In this document: positions 27,801 to 41,379 of the stretch, one piece after another
How the letters are laid out: each line of letters starts with the position of its first letter
Position numbering within the stretch: the stretch's first letter is position 1
Assembly (NCBI GenBank): GCA_016748015.1
Contig: JAAOMT010000566.1
Coordinates: 1-64,000 of the forward strand
DNA length: 64,000 nt
Source of the DNA: Geosiphon pyriformis uo1
Lineage: Eukaryota > Fungi > Glomeromycota
Direction of reading: 5' to 3'
Program-made: the position numbers and the translations under genes
Notes under the pieces: model-generated
What the model was told of the DNA's origin: nothing
What the model saw: the letters and a program-made list of their open reading frames with translations, nothing else
Databases searched by the model: none

Positions 27801-29540
27801 GTCAAAACACCTTCCTACTCATAAGGTTTGGGAATCATTGAGACCCATGCTTCTTTCTAAGGGCTGGACACCAATTCACTAGACAAACAAGAGTTCAAGA
27901 GCACCAACAACAAATCTAAAACTGACCTATTACAATGTTTCCAAAGCTTATTTGAAATACCTGACAAACCAGCTGCTTTACCATCCGGAAGATCAGAAAC
28001 CACCCCCAAGGAATTCATCATACTCAATTGAACACATGACACCAGAAAAAGCTCTATCAAAAACATACTCTAGCAGCCGATATTGGAGGTGCCAATCATC
28101 TGAGACATCATCAACCACTCGACGCTTTCTAGTTCAACCTTCCATGATTTCATCTACCTTTGATTTGACAGATTCAGGCTCCAAAACCAACTCATCTCCC
28201 ACAACCAGATGATCTAAGACCACCTTACAAAAGAGATGCTCCAAAACACTCCTAATAGTGTGACCTTTGTCTAGTTCAAAACTCTCCATCCTCTTATCAA
28301 TAGCCTGCTTGATCAAAGATTCTTCAGCTCGTCTGGACTCCAACAACTTAGAAGCACGGTACAACTTTCTTGCTTTGGCCAGTGCAGAATGAATGTGATT
28401 AAAACCAGAACCTGAAAGGAACAGGGACTTTACCTCTGACGCACCAGAAGAATCAAGCTTATCCCAAGTCTCCAACAAAGAAGCAAAATCCCCACCAGAA
28501 ACCAAGTGAGAATCCCTAACCAGCTTAGACACCAGCAGCTCCAGATAATGTAACCTGAACGAAACCTTATTAAAAACACTATCATAACTCTTGAACCACT
28601 TTTTCTTGAATGTCCCACCAGTAGAAAGCACCACAACTTTACGAACAATGTCCCACATAACATCCAGATAAGAAAACTGTTTAGCCACAACAAACTCATC
28701 CAAGAACATAACAGCATTTGCAGCTGTAGCATTCCTGATTTCCGACCACTTAATCTCACTGGTATTTTTAACATCATACTTCCAACGATCCCTATTGGCT
28801 TGCTTGTGCATTGAGTTCAGCTGAACATCGAGCAGGCCACCCAGTCTTACAGAAACATAAACAGCCTTGTGATCGGTATCAAAATATTCCTCAACACCAT
28901 CCACACCACAATCCACCACTGCACCAACCAAATTAGAAGAAACAAACACATAGTCAATAGTCTTAGTAATACCACAAAAATTGCACCAAGTAGGTGATTT
29001 CACAAAAGAGCTCCCCCCCAGAGAGTTAACCAAACCCAAATCAGAACATTTCTTGAAACTGGCACATCTGTGTGAATCATCCTCATTAAAATCACCACCA
29101 AGAATAACAAAGGAGGACTCATTAACGGCTTTAGCAATGAGAGAGTTGATCTCACCAGCCTGAGAAAACCAAGTTACTACTGACACACCAACATAGATCC
29201 CCAAAATAGACACTGAGAGTTTATTTCTGAACAACAATTTGATAGATAGGAGCTGACCAAACACTTCAGAAATCTTGTAGACATGCTTTGCTAAAGAAAA
29301 ATTCATAACGATTAACACCCCAGCACCCGAAGAACCAAAATTCAGACCAGAAGTAAAAACCCGAACACTATCAAATTTGTTGACCAACCACGGATGAACA
29401 TTCCCTTTAAGCTTTGACTCAGTGAAAATAGAAACTAAATTGCCCATATTCTTATGCCAACGAATAACATCATCTTGCTTCGCAGGATTGTTCAACCCAC
29501 GAACATTACACATAGCAATTTTCTACACCAGACCACTCAT
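24860..29540 (-). pseudogene. LINE-B ORF2 (APE endonuclease, RT, RNase H, C-terminal CCHC), interrupted by stops
   Basis: CNVRGLN, ESKL, LGGDFNE, IDYV, TDHKAV (APE); QGEVFSS, FVDNM (RT); YMDGSL, AELQ, SDSQSALD, VKSHSGVSGN (RNase H); CLYCGEVKMSDHGFSC. Confidence 0.92.
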
Positions 29541-31336
29541 TGAGAAAGAGGTAGAGGAAGAGCACTACCTGCCAAAGCCAAACCATCTAGGCGCGCCGAT
29601 AGGCTCATGACTGAAGCAGAGAGACCTTCCAACATGTTTTCCAATTTCACAACCTCAGGTGAGGCAGTCGAACCTGTAACAGCAGCAGTCTTGTCACTAG
29701 TAGCATCATCCGAACTCACTCTCATCACTATATCCTCCCCTTGATTCTGTGATGAAGGGGTCACTGGCAGCTGACATCCAGGACTAGGCTGGGAAACTGC
29801 CAGCATGAATAAGTTCAACCTCTTAGCCAACTTACCAATTTGTCCCGCGAGGCTGACAAGACTGCTTTCAATATTTTTCAAATGGTCTTCCAATTTACCA
29901 CTAACAATCGGGAGAGGTTTACCATAAGATACAGAACCAGATTGAGCTAAACCACTAAATGATGCTAATGGAAGTGGTTTACCAACCACGGAGGCCCAGA
30001 TTTTTCCACCAAAAGCCAAAGGGCGGGAAATGGGAGCAGATTTTTTTTCATATATCTTAGCCAGATGGAGCTGATCCTGAGCTGAGAGAGGAGCTCTCTT
30101 GCTCCTAGGACTTGAGGACACACCAGCACTACAACAAGTGAGAGAAGTATGACCGGAATTTCTGCAAATTGAGCACAGTGCAGTGGTCAAATGAGACCAA
30201 CAGAGACCAACACCTTTTATAACAGGAGTGTTTGCCATTGCCTGAACAAGACTACCCTCAGAATTGAAGCACACAGTGGCACAGTATGCCCGGACATAAC
30301 TGACAGAGCTGCATTCAATAACACATGTTTTCCTATCAACCAAACCAATGAAGTTCCAAAGATCATGAGTGGTGGTATCCATAGGAAGAGTGTAAAGCAA
30401 AGCCCTGAACTCATCTCTGGCATCCCACATTTGTTTGTCAATATCGGCCCGGGCCACACACACTGCATCTTTCCCAATAAGGACAGACTACTTAGCCGCC
30501 AAGAGATCAGCCTGAATTTGATTTTCCAATTTGATAATTGCCTTTTGCCATAGATCCACCAACTGCATTTTAATCGACTTAATAAGTCCAAATTCAGAAA
30601 TGGCTGCACACACTGTCTCAATGGAAGTTCCCACAGGGATTTTTTTCAACACAATTGCCCGATTCATACGATTGTTGATGGGGCACTTAAGATTGGTGTT
30701 TACCACAACACCACGATCATTTGCCAATTGAGCAGCCACTATCATCGCCTTTTCAGAAGTAAAAGACACCTGGATGATTCCACCAAATTTTGAGGGAGCA
30801 GAGACTCCCCCAAAACCATTTACATCTGAGAAAATTTTTCTGACAAAGTTCAATTTCTCCTGAGATGATTTTCCAGCAACAGCCATGAGATCAATATCTA
30901 AAACAAAGAACTTGCGAACAGGCACTTGAACAGATGGTTTGATAGGCAAAGGGGGTGGAAGAAGGAAGGAATCATCTAACACGTCATTGTCTACATCAAC
31001 AGTACCATAATCAATTACACCCAGAGGCTTCCCTAATACTTTTTTGGTCTTTACACACAAATTCTTAGGCGTTTAATCAGGATTCCCTCCTGTGAAAGCA
31101 CCATTCTCACCATAGTCAACACTGGTTTCCTCAACCAAGCACTCCTTTTCCATGTCAATACTCTCAGATTCAGTAGTGTCACCCACCTCAGAATCCCATG
31201 AACAATTACCAAGAGCTTTATAAACAACCTTACTATTATTCACACTCTCTGCCAATACACCACTCTTTCTCTTCTTCCTCGATACAACCGTCTTAAAACC
31301 ACTCTCAGAACCAGAAACTTTGGTAGTCTTCTTCAT
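29537..31336 (-). pseudogene. LINE-B ORF1 (gag-like, RRM-like segment plus CCHC knuckle), two in-frame stops
   Basis: Fragments 31073-31336, 30488-31060 and 29537-30463 share one frame. CSICRNSGHTSLTC knuckle; C-terminal coiled-coil-like segment. Confidence 0.85.
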
Positions 31337-33164
31337 AACAGCAATAACAGAGCCAACAGTAGCCTCGTAATCGAAAAATGGTTTTGATTTATTGTACTGA
31401 ATGGTTAAAAAACTTCTCTCGAAAAAACTTTAGACTCTTTTTTGGGAATTTTGGACAAAGAAGAGAAAAAAGTTTTACTTTTTGTTTATTTGAGTTGTTA
31501 TTAAATAAAAAAATATTGATATAAATTAAAAAAAACAAAAAAACTTCTTTTTACAGAAAATATGCTTTTAGAAAAATTTTGGAGATAAAAGGGAAAGAAG
31601 TTTTTTAAGTATTATATTTATACTTTAAAAACTATTTATATTGTTAAACTTATGATAAAATGATTAATTTTGTGCCAATTATTTTTTGTAATTATTTTGT
31701 ATTAAAAGTTAACTTTTTTGTAGAAATTTTTCTATAGTATTTTTTTAACTATAAAATCTCAATAATTTATAATAAATTAAAAAAAAATAGAAAAAAAAAA
31801 TATGATTTTAATAATAATTAGAAATAATTTATTGCATAAATTCTACTTAGATTTAAATAAGAAATTAATTAAACTATTAAAATTTGTAGTTAGTTAATTT
31901 TAAAGTATTAATTTTAAATATTTTAAAATTTTAAAATATTTAAGAATTTTTGGAGGGTTTTTAAAAAAATATTTTTATTTTTTTTGTTTGATTTGTAATT
32001 TATTATCTAATTTTAAAATTATAAAATGTTAAGATATATTTTTTTAAAAAGAAAAGCTATTTTTTTATATATTTTTGAGTAATATTTATTCAAGTTTTAA
32101 CACTTTTTTCTTTGTAATTATTTTTTTGAATTTTTTAAAACTAATTATAAATTTCAGTAAACTCTTTATATTTTAGTAAATAATTGTAAAATTCGTGAAT
32201 TTTTGCATATTTCGACCAATTTTTACTGTTATAAAGTTCGAATTTAGTTATATTGTATACTTGTATAATTTGAATTATTAATTGAAATATAAATGATCAA
32301 TAATTTCATAAAATAATAATAAAATAATTAATAATAAAATATAATTTAATTAATATATAATAATAAATAATAATAAGAATTATAAAAGTAATATTATGCT
32401 AATTTTTATTTACTTTTAGTAACAATGTGTTGCAAATAGATTGATTTAACAATTTTTTATATTAATTAATATTTTTATTTAATATAAAAACTTAAAATAT
32501 TTTATATAATTTAATAAAATCTTTTTTAAACAACTTATTTTTAAAAAATACAAAATTTTTTTATATGTAATAAAATTATTATAATTATTTTTATATAAAT
32601 AATTTTATATATTAATTTTATTATTTTTAAATTTTTTATAATTTTTTATTTAAGTTTAAATTTTATTTATTAATTAAAAATTAACTTAATTATAATAAAT
32701 AACAAATATATATTTTATTTATAATATATATTTAACTAAGACTTAAAATTTTGTTTGTTATTTTTAAAATTAATTTTATTAGACAATTTTAAATAAAAAT
32801 TTAAATTTTATGTTTTAAAAATAATATTAATAAATATTAACACAATACACTAAAATAAATAAAACTTAATATTTTAACTTTCACAAATATATATGTAACA
32901 ATAAAATATTATTTACTTTTTTCTAAACAAATTTTTAATTACATATAATATTAATGTAAATTTGTTTAAATAAGCAGTTATTATTTCTATTATAAAACAA
33001 ATATCCATAATTTATATATAAACAAAAAAAANNNNNNNNNNNNNNNNNNNNNNNNNNNNNNNNNNNNNNNNNNNNNNNNNNNNNNNNNNNNNNNNNNNNN
33101 NNNNNNNNNNNNNNNNNNNNNNNNNNNNNNNNNNNNNNNNNNNNNNNNNNNNNNNNNNNNNNNN

Positions 33165-35179
33165 TTTACTTATAAAGTCCTTTCCATCATCAGAAGACAC
33201 CGTATTAAGCCGTTCTAATAACTTGCCTAATTGATACATGTCCGAAAGAGTTGTGTAGGTATTATTCTCATCACACGTGCCATCATCCCAGTCTGTCAAT
33301 AAGCTGTCGAATTTTTCGTTTATTTTACCTCCATGCTCGAAATCAATAAGAACATATTCGTAGCCTTGAGAATTATTCGAATCGTAAATAATATTCGATG
33401 AACGAATGTCGCGATGGACGAAATCTTTTTCATGAAGTGTCTTCAGTCCAGTTAGCAAACTGCGCGTCATCACTCGTGTTGTTTCCTCGTTTTCCGGTGA
33501 GCGTTCAAGGCCACGTGTCTTCAGTTTAACTGTATATCTCCCTGGACCTTTCCGATCGGCTTTAAAGGATGGTGCTTTGAAGATCTGAACGAGTCCGTGA
33601 TGACCTTTGGCAAGCTCGTACATGTCCTTTAATGTATCAACACGTTTGCAGTCCTTCTCTAAGCCATAGAGTTCACTCTCCGGAACAACTTTCTTAACAT
33701 GGTCTTCAAAGAAAGTAATTGTAGAATGTCCGAGGTCCAGTGACTTACCGAGAGGGATTACTTTAGCAGGGAAGGCATTCTTTGTGATCATGGTTTTAAG
33801 GATACGAACAATATTGATGCATATCTTGACAGATGTGTATCGAGCTTTGAGATCATACAGGTAAAGTTCTGTGGACAGTGGAACCAAAGTCTTGCTGGGA
33901 CCATCAATTGCATAAAAGCACATAATGTCCTTTGCTACAGCAAAACAAATTAAAAATTGAATATTCCCGAAATATAATGGATCGAGCTTGCTAAACTTGG
34001 ATATGAGCTCTTCTTTGGCAGTTTCAAGATCGATTCGTGCAGCCTTCTCTTCATTTTTTATCACTACTACATCTTTAACATATCCAAGAAGGTCAGGTCT
34101 AGTATTTTTTATTGTCGCTGGATTGCTTTTTGATTTCGTTGTATATCTCCTTAGAAAACAAAGTGTAAAATTAATGTTAGACATGGAAACAAAAACTAAT
34201 AAACACCAAGAACAGCATACAAAATGAAAACATACCTCTCATTCGCGTTACGGAAAAATTCGATTTGAAAATCAGAGTTACTGCAAAGTAATTCCAGAGG
34301 AAATGTGGTTAATCTATCCACGGCCCCAGCCAGCTGTATTTCGGTTTTAATTTGGGTAAACCTCGTCTCAGAGAGGGCAGCCTTGATCACAATTGCTAAT
34401 TCACTCGCCCTATCTATTTCATCATAATAGATACAGTCATCAAGTTCTCGAAACTGGCATTTGTCAAAATAAGATAATATTGTCAATTATGAATAGATTA
34501 AGAACAGCTAATATGAAAATCAAGGTCATACTTTTCCTAAGTCCGAGTATAAACACACGGGAAGCTTTGCAAGAAGAGGCGTATTAATGAGGTCCACCAG
34601 CTGGTCAGCATGAGTTGGCATAATATCAAATGGCTGAATGAGGTTTTCACATAGAAACTTAGTCTTGTCGCGCTCTATTGTTAAAATTGTTAAAACTGGG
34701 GAGACTATCAACATTAACGTATAAATCTGTGTTAAAATGTACAATACCGCTGCGTGGTCTTTTTGGAGGACGCTCGAGTTCTGCAAGTGAAACAACATTC
34801 AAGAACGTTGAAGTTGAGAGTGCAACACTCATGAGTCAGTCATTACCCAGTCATAAACTCTGTCCCCAACCTTCAAGTCACAAGTCACAAAGTCGTTACC
34901 TATCTTAGTTATTTCCATCAAAGAATTTTGTAGTTTTTGCACCTGCAACTCCCATTTATCTCTACTCGTTTTTAGCTCTTTCTTCACTCCTTCTAGCATC
35001 TCTAATGCTCGCTTCTCCGTTTCAGTGAGCTCTTCTTCTTCTACATACAACTTGTCCTCCAACACCTTCAGTTTCTGCCCACGTTTCCCCTCTTCAAAAT
35101 TCTTCAATGCAGCCTTTGCTTCATTCAGCTGCTCCTTCGCATCTTTCAACTCGTTCTCAATTTTTTCGACAGTCGCCAT
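33165..35179 (-). CDS. Crinkler-type protein: N-terminal coiled coil, PD-(D/E)xK nuclease-like domain and C-terminal protein kinase; 3' end lost in gap
   Basis: Predicted exons 35179-34900, 34780-34748, 34674-34532, 34453-34236 and 34149-33165 are joined by GT-AG introns in consistent phase. Motifs RPDLLG...KNEEK, HRDIRSSNII, LIDFEH, SDMYQLG. Higher GC than flanks with CpGs retained. Confidence 0.8.
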
Positions 35180-38100
35180 TTTTTTAGTTTGTTTGTGTGG
35201 GAGGACGTGATGCTAATATACTAATGCTGATCAGTGGCTTAATCAATGACGTACGGTATCAGGAACATTCGAGACCTTTTCCATTTTATGTAGCGTGACC
35301 AATGATAAAAAACTCGCGATTATCCAAGTTTTTATTAAAAGGACACAATAAATATTGCTAATTGTTTAAAATTAAACAAGCACTCTAAAGACATCAAATA
35401 TTGCACCACCACTGAAATTCTCGACATAGTATATTGGAGGGGTTGTTATTTTATTAATAAAATAATAAACCACATGATACTATATAATAAATCATGTGCG
35501 TTGCACGTTCACATAATCTATTAGGAAACAATTTTAAATTACTTTATTTTAAGAGTGACTCTTAAAGTTATTTAAGAGACTCCCAGGCTTTCCCTTTTCT
35601 ATATAAGAATGCCGCTTGCTTTATAACTCTGTTCTTTCCACAATATTCTTTGGCATTTCAGAACGCGTTTTTTTCCCAAAAAAAAGCAAAAAAGAAACGT
35701 TTGTTGGTTTAGAGTGTTTTTTATAATTAAAAACCCGTTGTTTTCATTGAAAGTGCATTTTGTATTAAAAATCCTTTTAGTAAATACTGTTCTAAATGCT
35801 GAAAATTCACTCTATTTACTATTGGTTTCTATTTAAAGTGTTTACAGAAAAATTTAACTACTTAATAAATTTCTAAAACATTATTTGAAAAAAATGCATT
35901 AGTTTATAGATTTTATTATAGACTATTTAATAATGTATTTTTTATTATTATTATATTTTTATTTATAAAGCCTTTATATTTAAAGTATTTGATGTTTTTA
36001 ATGTGTTTATACTAAATAACATAACTTGTAATAGTCGACTACACAATACAAAAACATCAATAAAGACTTAAGTTTATAAACAAAATTTACTTGTCGAAGT
36101 AACCAAAAAAATAAGTTATACTTATTAATAGCTTTGGGTTAATGTATTTTCTTCTTATGCAATTATTTTGGTGTTTTACTATTATTATATTTTCAAATTT
36201 GTGCTTACAAAAAAATTAAATATTTGATTTAATATTATTTTATTCAAATTAGAATTTTTACAATTGTTTAGCATAATAAAAACTTATAAATTATAACTTT
36301 GTTTACATTAAAATATAATATTATTTAATTATGACAATATTTTAAAGAATATACCAAAACAATAAACAAAAAACATTTAAAAATAAATTTTAATTATTAT
36401 TATATTAAAAAAAAGCTAATTTACAGTTTTATTAAAAAAATAAATCTAGTTGTAACAATTTGTTACATAAAACAACCTCGAAAATAGCTTCAATTAGGAT
36501 CGGGAATTTTATTAAATTTAAAAAAATAACATATAATAATAATGTGTATTATTTATTTTTATTGGACAAATTAAAGTTGAATTATTAATTTTACTAAAAA
36601 TAAATGCAATGTTTAGTTATTGCAAAATAAGAAATAAACAAATAATTGATTAAATCTTACTTAATTTTAACATTTTATACTATTGTTTTCTAAAAGACCA
36701 TATTTACTACAAATGTATTTTGTGCATAGTTTTCTTTTTTTTAGTAGCAAATTTATAATATTTGGGTTTTAAATGTTCTTTATATTATAATACTAATAAA
36801 TTTTCAACTTGTTTAAGTTTATTTTTTTTATTGATATTATTAACTTAATTGTTTTTTAGAATTTGGTCTTGATTTTGAAGTATAGGCCCCACTTTTTTAT
36901 GTTAGTCAATAAATTGTCTTAACTATATTATTATCTTATTATAATTATTATGTTTAGTAGCAAGTTGTGTAATTTGTTATATAAGTTTTTATATTTTACT
37001 ATATTTTTGTTTTCTTTGTGTTACAAGATATAAAACATTAATAATAGTCTTAGATACAATTAAAGGATTTAAAATTACTATTTTATCAGAAAAATTTTTT
37101 GCAACCTCTTAATTTACAAAGCAAAAAACTTTAATGACTAAATAATTGTCTTTTTTTTTATTAGTATATTATTACAAAAGTATTATTTGAATATGAAATT
37201 CATAATTTTTGAATGTAATATTACTTAAAAATAATGACAACAAATAATACTACAAGATATACTAAACAAATATAATAAAGAAACAAAATTAATAATTATA
37301 ATAAAATATAAATTTTTATTGTTTTTTGGTCATAGATCTGTAACTTTTTATGTTTTTTTTATCAACTTTAGTAATTATTGATTTTAATAAAATTTGTTTC
37401 ATGTTATACAAATTTTCAATAAAATCACTTATTATATTAAAACTGAAATTTTAAATATTAAAATTTGGTTAGATAAATAACTTAAAAAAGTACATTAAGA
37501 AATAAATTTTCTTATCTTATTATAAGTATTGCTATTTAATAATAATTAATTCATAATAAAGTATAGACATTATATCATTTTTAAATATTCTATAAATAAG
37601 ATATAAGGCATAAGATATTGAATAATTTGTTTGTAAATTTTAGAAATAAAATTATGGCCAATTGATATAATTTTTATATAAAATAAAAGTACATAATATT
37701 CAAAAAAATGATTCTATTCTGTCTTATTTTTAAGTTTTGTGTTTAATGTACCAGCAAAATTACACAAACTGTTATTTGTTAAAAGCATATATTTAATACT
37801 ATTATTGAAATTTTTAATATAAGAAATAATTTAAGTTTTTGCTGTAAATATTTTTAATGTAAATATACAGGCTTATGCTTATCAGCTAATATAAAAAGCT
37901 CTTATTAAGTAATTTTTAGCATTAACATATGTTTCAGTAAGTTATAATTATTATTTAAAAAATTTTCTTAATATAAACTATTATAACATAAAAAAAATTG
38001 TGAACAAAGCTTTTATATTAACCATGAAACTTTATCAAAAATTGTTATATTTTGGTTGTTTAAATTTAAAAATTTTAATAACTTTATACAAAACAAGATT

Positions 38101-41100
38101 TGAAAACAAATAATTAAATTATTAAATACTTTATTTAAATAAAATCGATTATAAATTTCAATATTGAAAAAAAATCAATTACCAAAATACTAATATAATT
38201 TTAAAACTAAATATTAATAAAATTATAACTATAAAAATAAATTAATTAATTATCAATAACTTAAACAAACTATTATGTATTTATAAATCTTAAAAAAAAT
38301 TTATTAAATTGTATTCAGAAAGAAATGTTTGTAAAAAAATCAAAATTTATTTAATTTCTAAAAGTGTTTTCAAAAAATTATAAATTTGTAAAAAACAATT
38401 ATCTATAATATACATACATACTTTATACATAAATGTTTAAAAAACTCAAACTCCAAAAATATTGGCTGATTAATACTAAATAATGTTAACAAAATACATC
38501 AAATTTTGTAATGTTTTTTAAAAAAAACTCAATTGTAAAGAAATTTTACATATAATATCAGTTGGTTAATTTTTTGATTATTTTTAAATCTTTAACAGTA
38601 ATTGTTATAATATAAAATTTTTATTTAATAACTTTAAAACGAGAACAAAATTGAAAATAGATTTTATTTTCAATAAAAATTATATATATAATAATTAATA
38701 AATTATGCAAAAATAGGAAATAATAACTGTTGTTAATTAAAATATAAAATTTATTAATAAAAAGAAAATATATAAAAAACTATTAGTAATTTATAATATA
38801 ATTAAAAAAGCTCTTAGAATATTGCAATCTATATAAAGGTAAAAAAAGTATAATAATAATAACTAAGTAAATAAATAAATATTAATAATATAATTAAAAA
38901 AGCAATTACAAAATAATAACATAACTGAAAATTTTTAAATAAAAATAATGGTAAATGAAAGATTTATTAACTAATTATTTTCAAGAATACAATTATAGAT
39001 TGCAAATAATAACAATAAGTTGTTTTTTTATTAATATTATGGGTAGAAATTTTTCATCAAACTATTTATTAGTGAATAAAAAAAAGAGAGTTTATAACAA
39101 ATAAAATTTTTTAATTAATTTTCTTTTTAATTAATCATATTTCAATTAATTGTGTTGTAAATCAATCATTTCTTCAATTAGTTATCTTTTTAAAATTAAT
39201 TTTTAATTAAAAAATTGTTGTAATTACTTTATTAATATATATTTTTATTTTTATTATAATTATTACGCTCTAAGTTATTTTTTGTATTATATTGATTTTG
39301 TTTCAGTAAATTTTTTACTGCATAACACTATAAAATAAATTTTAATATTTACAATCAATTGTAATACAATTAAATATAAAATTTTTTTTATCTGTTTTAT
39401 AAAAAAAATAGCAAATTCACTAATGAAGCAATATTTAATAGTATTTTAAAATAAAAAAGAAAAACAATATAAAAAAACTTTATAATGCCAACTTGACATT
39501 ATTTTTAATTTATTAGTAGATACAGAAATACTTATTTTTTTTAAAAATAAAATGAATTCAAAAAAATAATCAAAACAATTTCTTTAAACATTGATAACGA
39601 AATTTTAAATATTGTTTCAATTTATTATAAATTATTATGAAAGAATCGAAGTTTATTTTTTCTGGTTTTGAAATCAAAATCATGTTTTAAAAATTTATTT
39701 GGTCAATATATTGCTATTACAATTTAAATTTACAAAAATACAAATAAAAAGCGTTTTTATATTGCATATTTTTCATTTTTTTAATTCCTTTAATATATAA
39801 AATATTCTTAAATGAATTAGTTTTATTTCTATTAATAAATTTAACATTATTCTTAATTGATACTAAAATTTAACATCCTTAAATTGTTCTAATAAGATAT
39901 TAATTACTTAAGAATCTAATATGTTAAACAAATTTTATTTAATTCACAATTCAATAATCATTTTATTAATTTAAAACGTGGGTTAAAAAGCATTTTTCAT
40001 ATTATTAATTAATAATACTATACATTTAATTAATGAAAATTATGAAATAATTTGTTTAAAAGATAATTATATAATATTATAAAATTATATTTAAAAATTG
40101 CAACATATTAGTTATTATAAAACACATAAAGCTATAGGTAATAATTTTATTATATATTAATATTTTTTTAAGGTTATTATTCAATATAATTGGATATCTG
40201 AGACTTTAATAAAAAAGTTTAATACTACATATAATATTCTCACTCATGTAAATATTATATTATAGCACAAAATCGAAATATAAATCAGGTTTTATAATAT
40301 TGTATCAATTCAAAATATCAACATTAAATATTAGATATGAAAAATTTAACAACTACCAGAATAGGAAAAAAAAGCCTAATTATCCTTAATTTGATTTTTA
40401 TATTTACTATTTTTGTAAACTCATTACTTTTTTGTGACTTTTTATTTATTTAAAAATACTTTGTTTTTCTATTACAAATGAACATATTTATAAATATTTT
40501 GTAAAATAATGTTTTAAATATAAAATTTATTTATATTTCTATTTGATCTTGAGTGCATATTTATAAAATTAATCAATAAATTAGTAAACTTTTTATTTGC
40601 AACAATAACATAAATTCTAATAAAATTAATAATATTACTAATTTGTATATATAAGACTAGTTAATTTGACAATTTTGGTTGTATTAACTGTTGTACCAGA
40701 AGCATTTAAAGACATCATAGTTTAATTTATAAAATTAGAATACATTAGGCAAATTAAAAAAAAAGATAGGTAAACAAAATAAGTGGTGGCAGGAATAAAT
40801 AAAATTTATATTTACATTACTGCTTTCATGCTTTGCAAATAAAGTTTTTGACAATCAGCTTTTTAAATGAATATATTACTTTATTAGACTATTTACCATA
40901 GTAGATCACATTTTGTTTAATAATAAAAAATTTTTAGATTACACAAAATAAACAAAAAAATAGAAATAAATATACTAGAATTTTTTTGATAAATTATGAG
41001 TTCACACTTGATACAAACAAAGAATTACTGAAAGAAAATTTAAAAACTATAAAAAAAAGATGCCAAATCAAAAAACTTCTTTTAAACTTATCTTTTAAAT

Positions 41101-41379
41101 TAGTTCATTTTAATGAATCGAAAATTACAAAAATTTTTGATCTTATTTTAAAAAACATCTTTAATTTATTCTTCAATAAAAAATTAAATTTATAATGAAT
41201 TTAATCAACAAAATAGGGAACCAATTTAACATATATTTTCATTTCTTAATTTTCATTTCTTTTAGCTTAGTATTTGGAATAAATTCTAATTCACAATAGT
41301 AAGTTTTCATAAATTTCTTTATATTAAAAACAGGATAAATAATAAATATAATTTCAAAATTTAAAAGGGACATTTAATG

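Larger units (their letters stand above)
24716..31490 (-). mobile_element. LINE-B: apparently full-length, younger non-LTR retrotransposon with RNase H
   Basis: T-rich tail and 3' UTR at 24716-24860 homologous to the LINE-A 3' end. ORF1 and ORF2 present. Flanked by a 9-bp direct repeat TGAGTTGTT (24707-24715 and 31491-31499) consistent with a TSD. Confidence 0.92.
10190..31610 (-). mobile_element. LINE-A: decayed non-LTR retrotransposon (ORF1; ORF2 APE-RT-RNase H-C-terminal Zn finger), split by two nested insertions (14103-21918 and 24716-31490)
   Basis: T-tract (poly-A tail on minus) plus 3' UTR at ~10190-10330. RNase H motifs VYMNGSL / DSQTALD / VKNHSG at 11185-11684. RT fragments (PIALIET, FVDDT) at 12691-13314. 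APE (ETKL, LGGDFNE) at 22361-22800. ORF1 fragments at 22828-24701. 5' end approximate. Confidence 0.85.

Noticed and set aside
11423-30731. Many short plus-strand ORFs across the TE block
   Set aside because: Antisense to LINE/Gypsy coding sequence, with no motifs.
10190-31490. HeT-A/TART-like telomere-maintaining retrotransposon array
   Set aside because: Canonical CCCTAA repeats are present, LINE 3' ends face the telomere, and the apparent head-to-tail layout is explained by nested insertion with a TSD.
10189-31626. Possible TSD TTATACTTT for LINE-A (~10190 and ~31618)
   Set aside because: Low-complexity match in very AT-rich DNA; could be chance, so used only as a rough boundary.
35900-41200. 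AT-rich tract with possible residual coding or TE texture (~36.8-38.1 kb)
   Set aside because: Too eroded to assign by eye; needs a translated HMM search.
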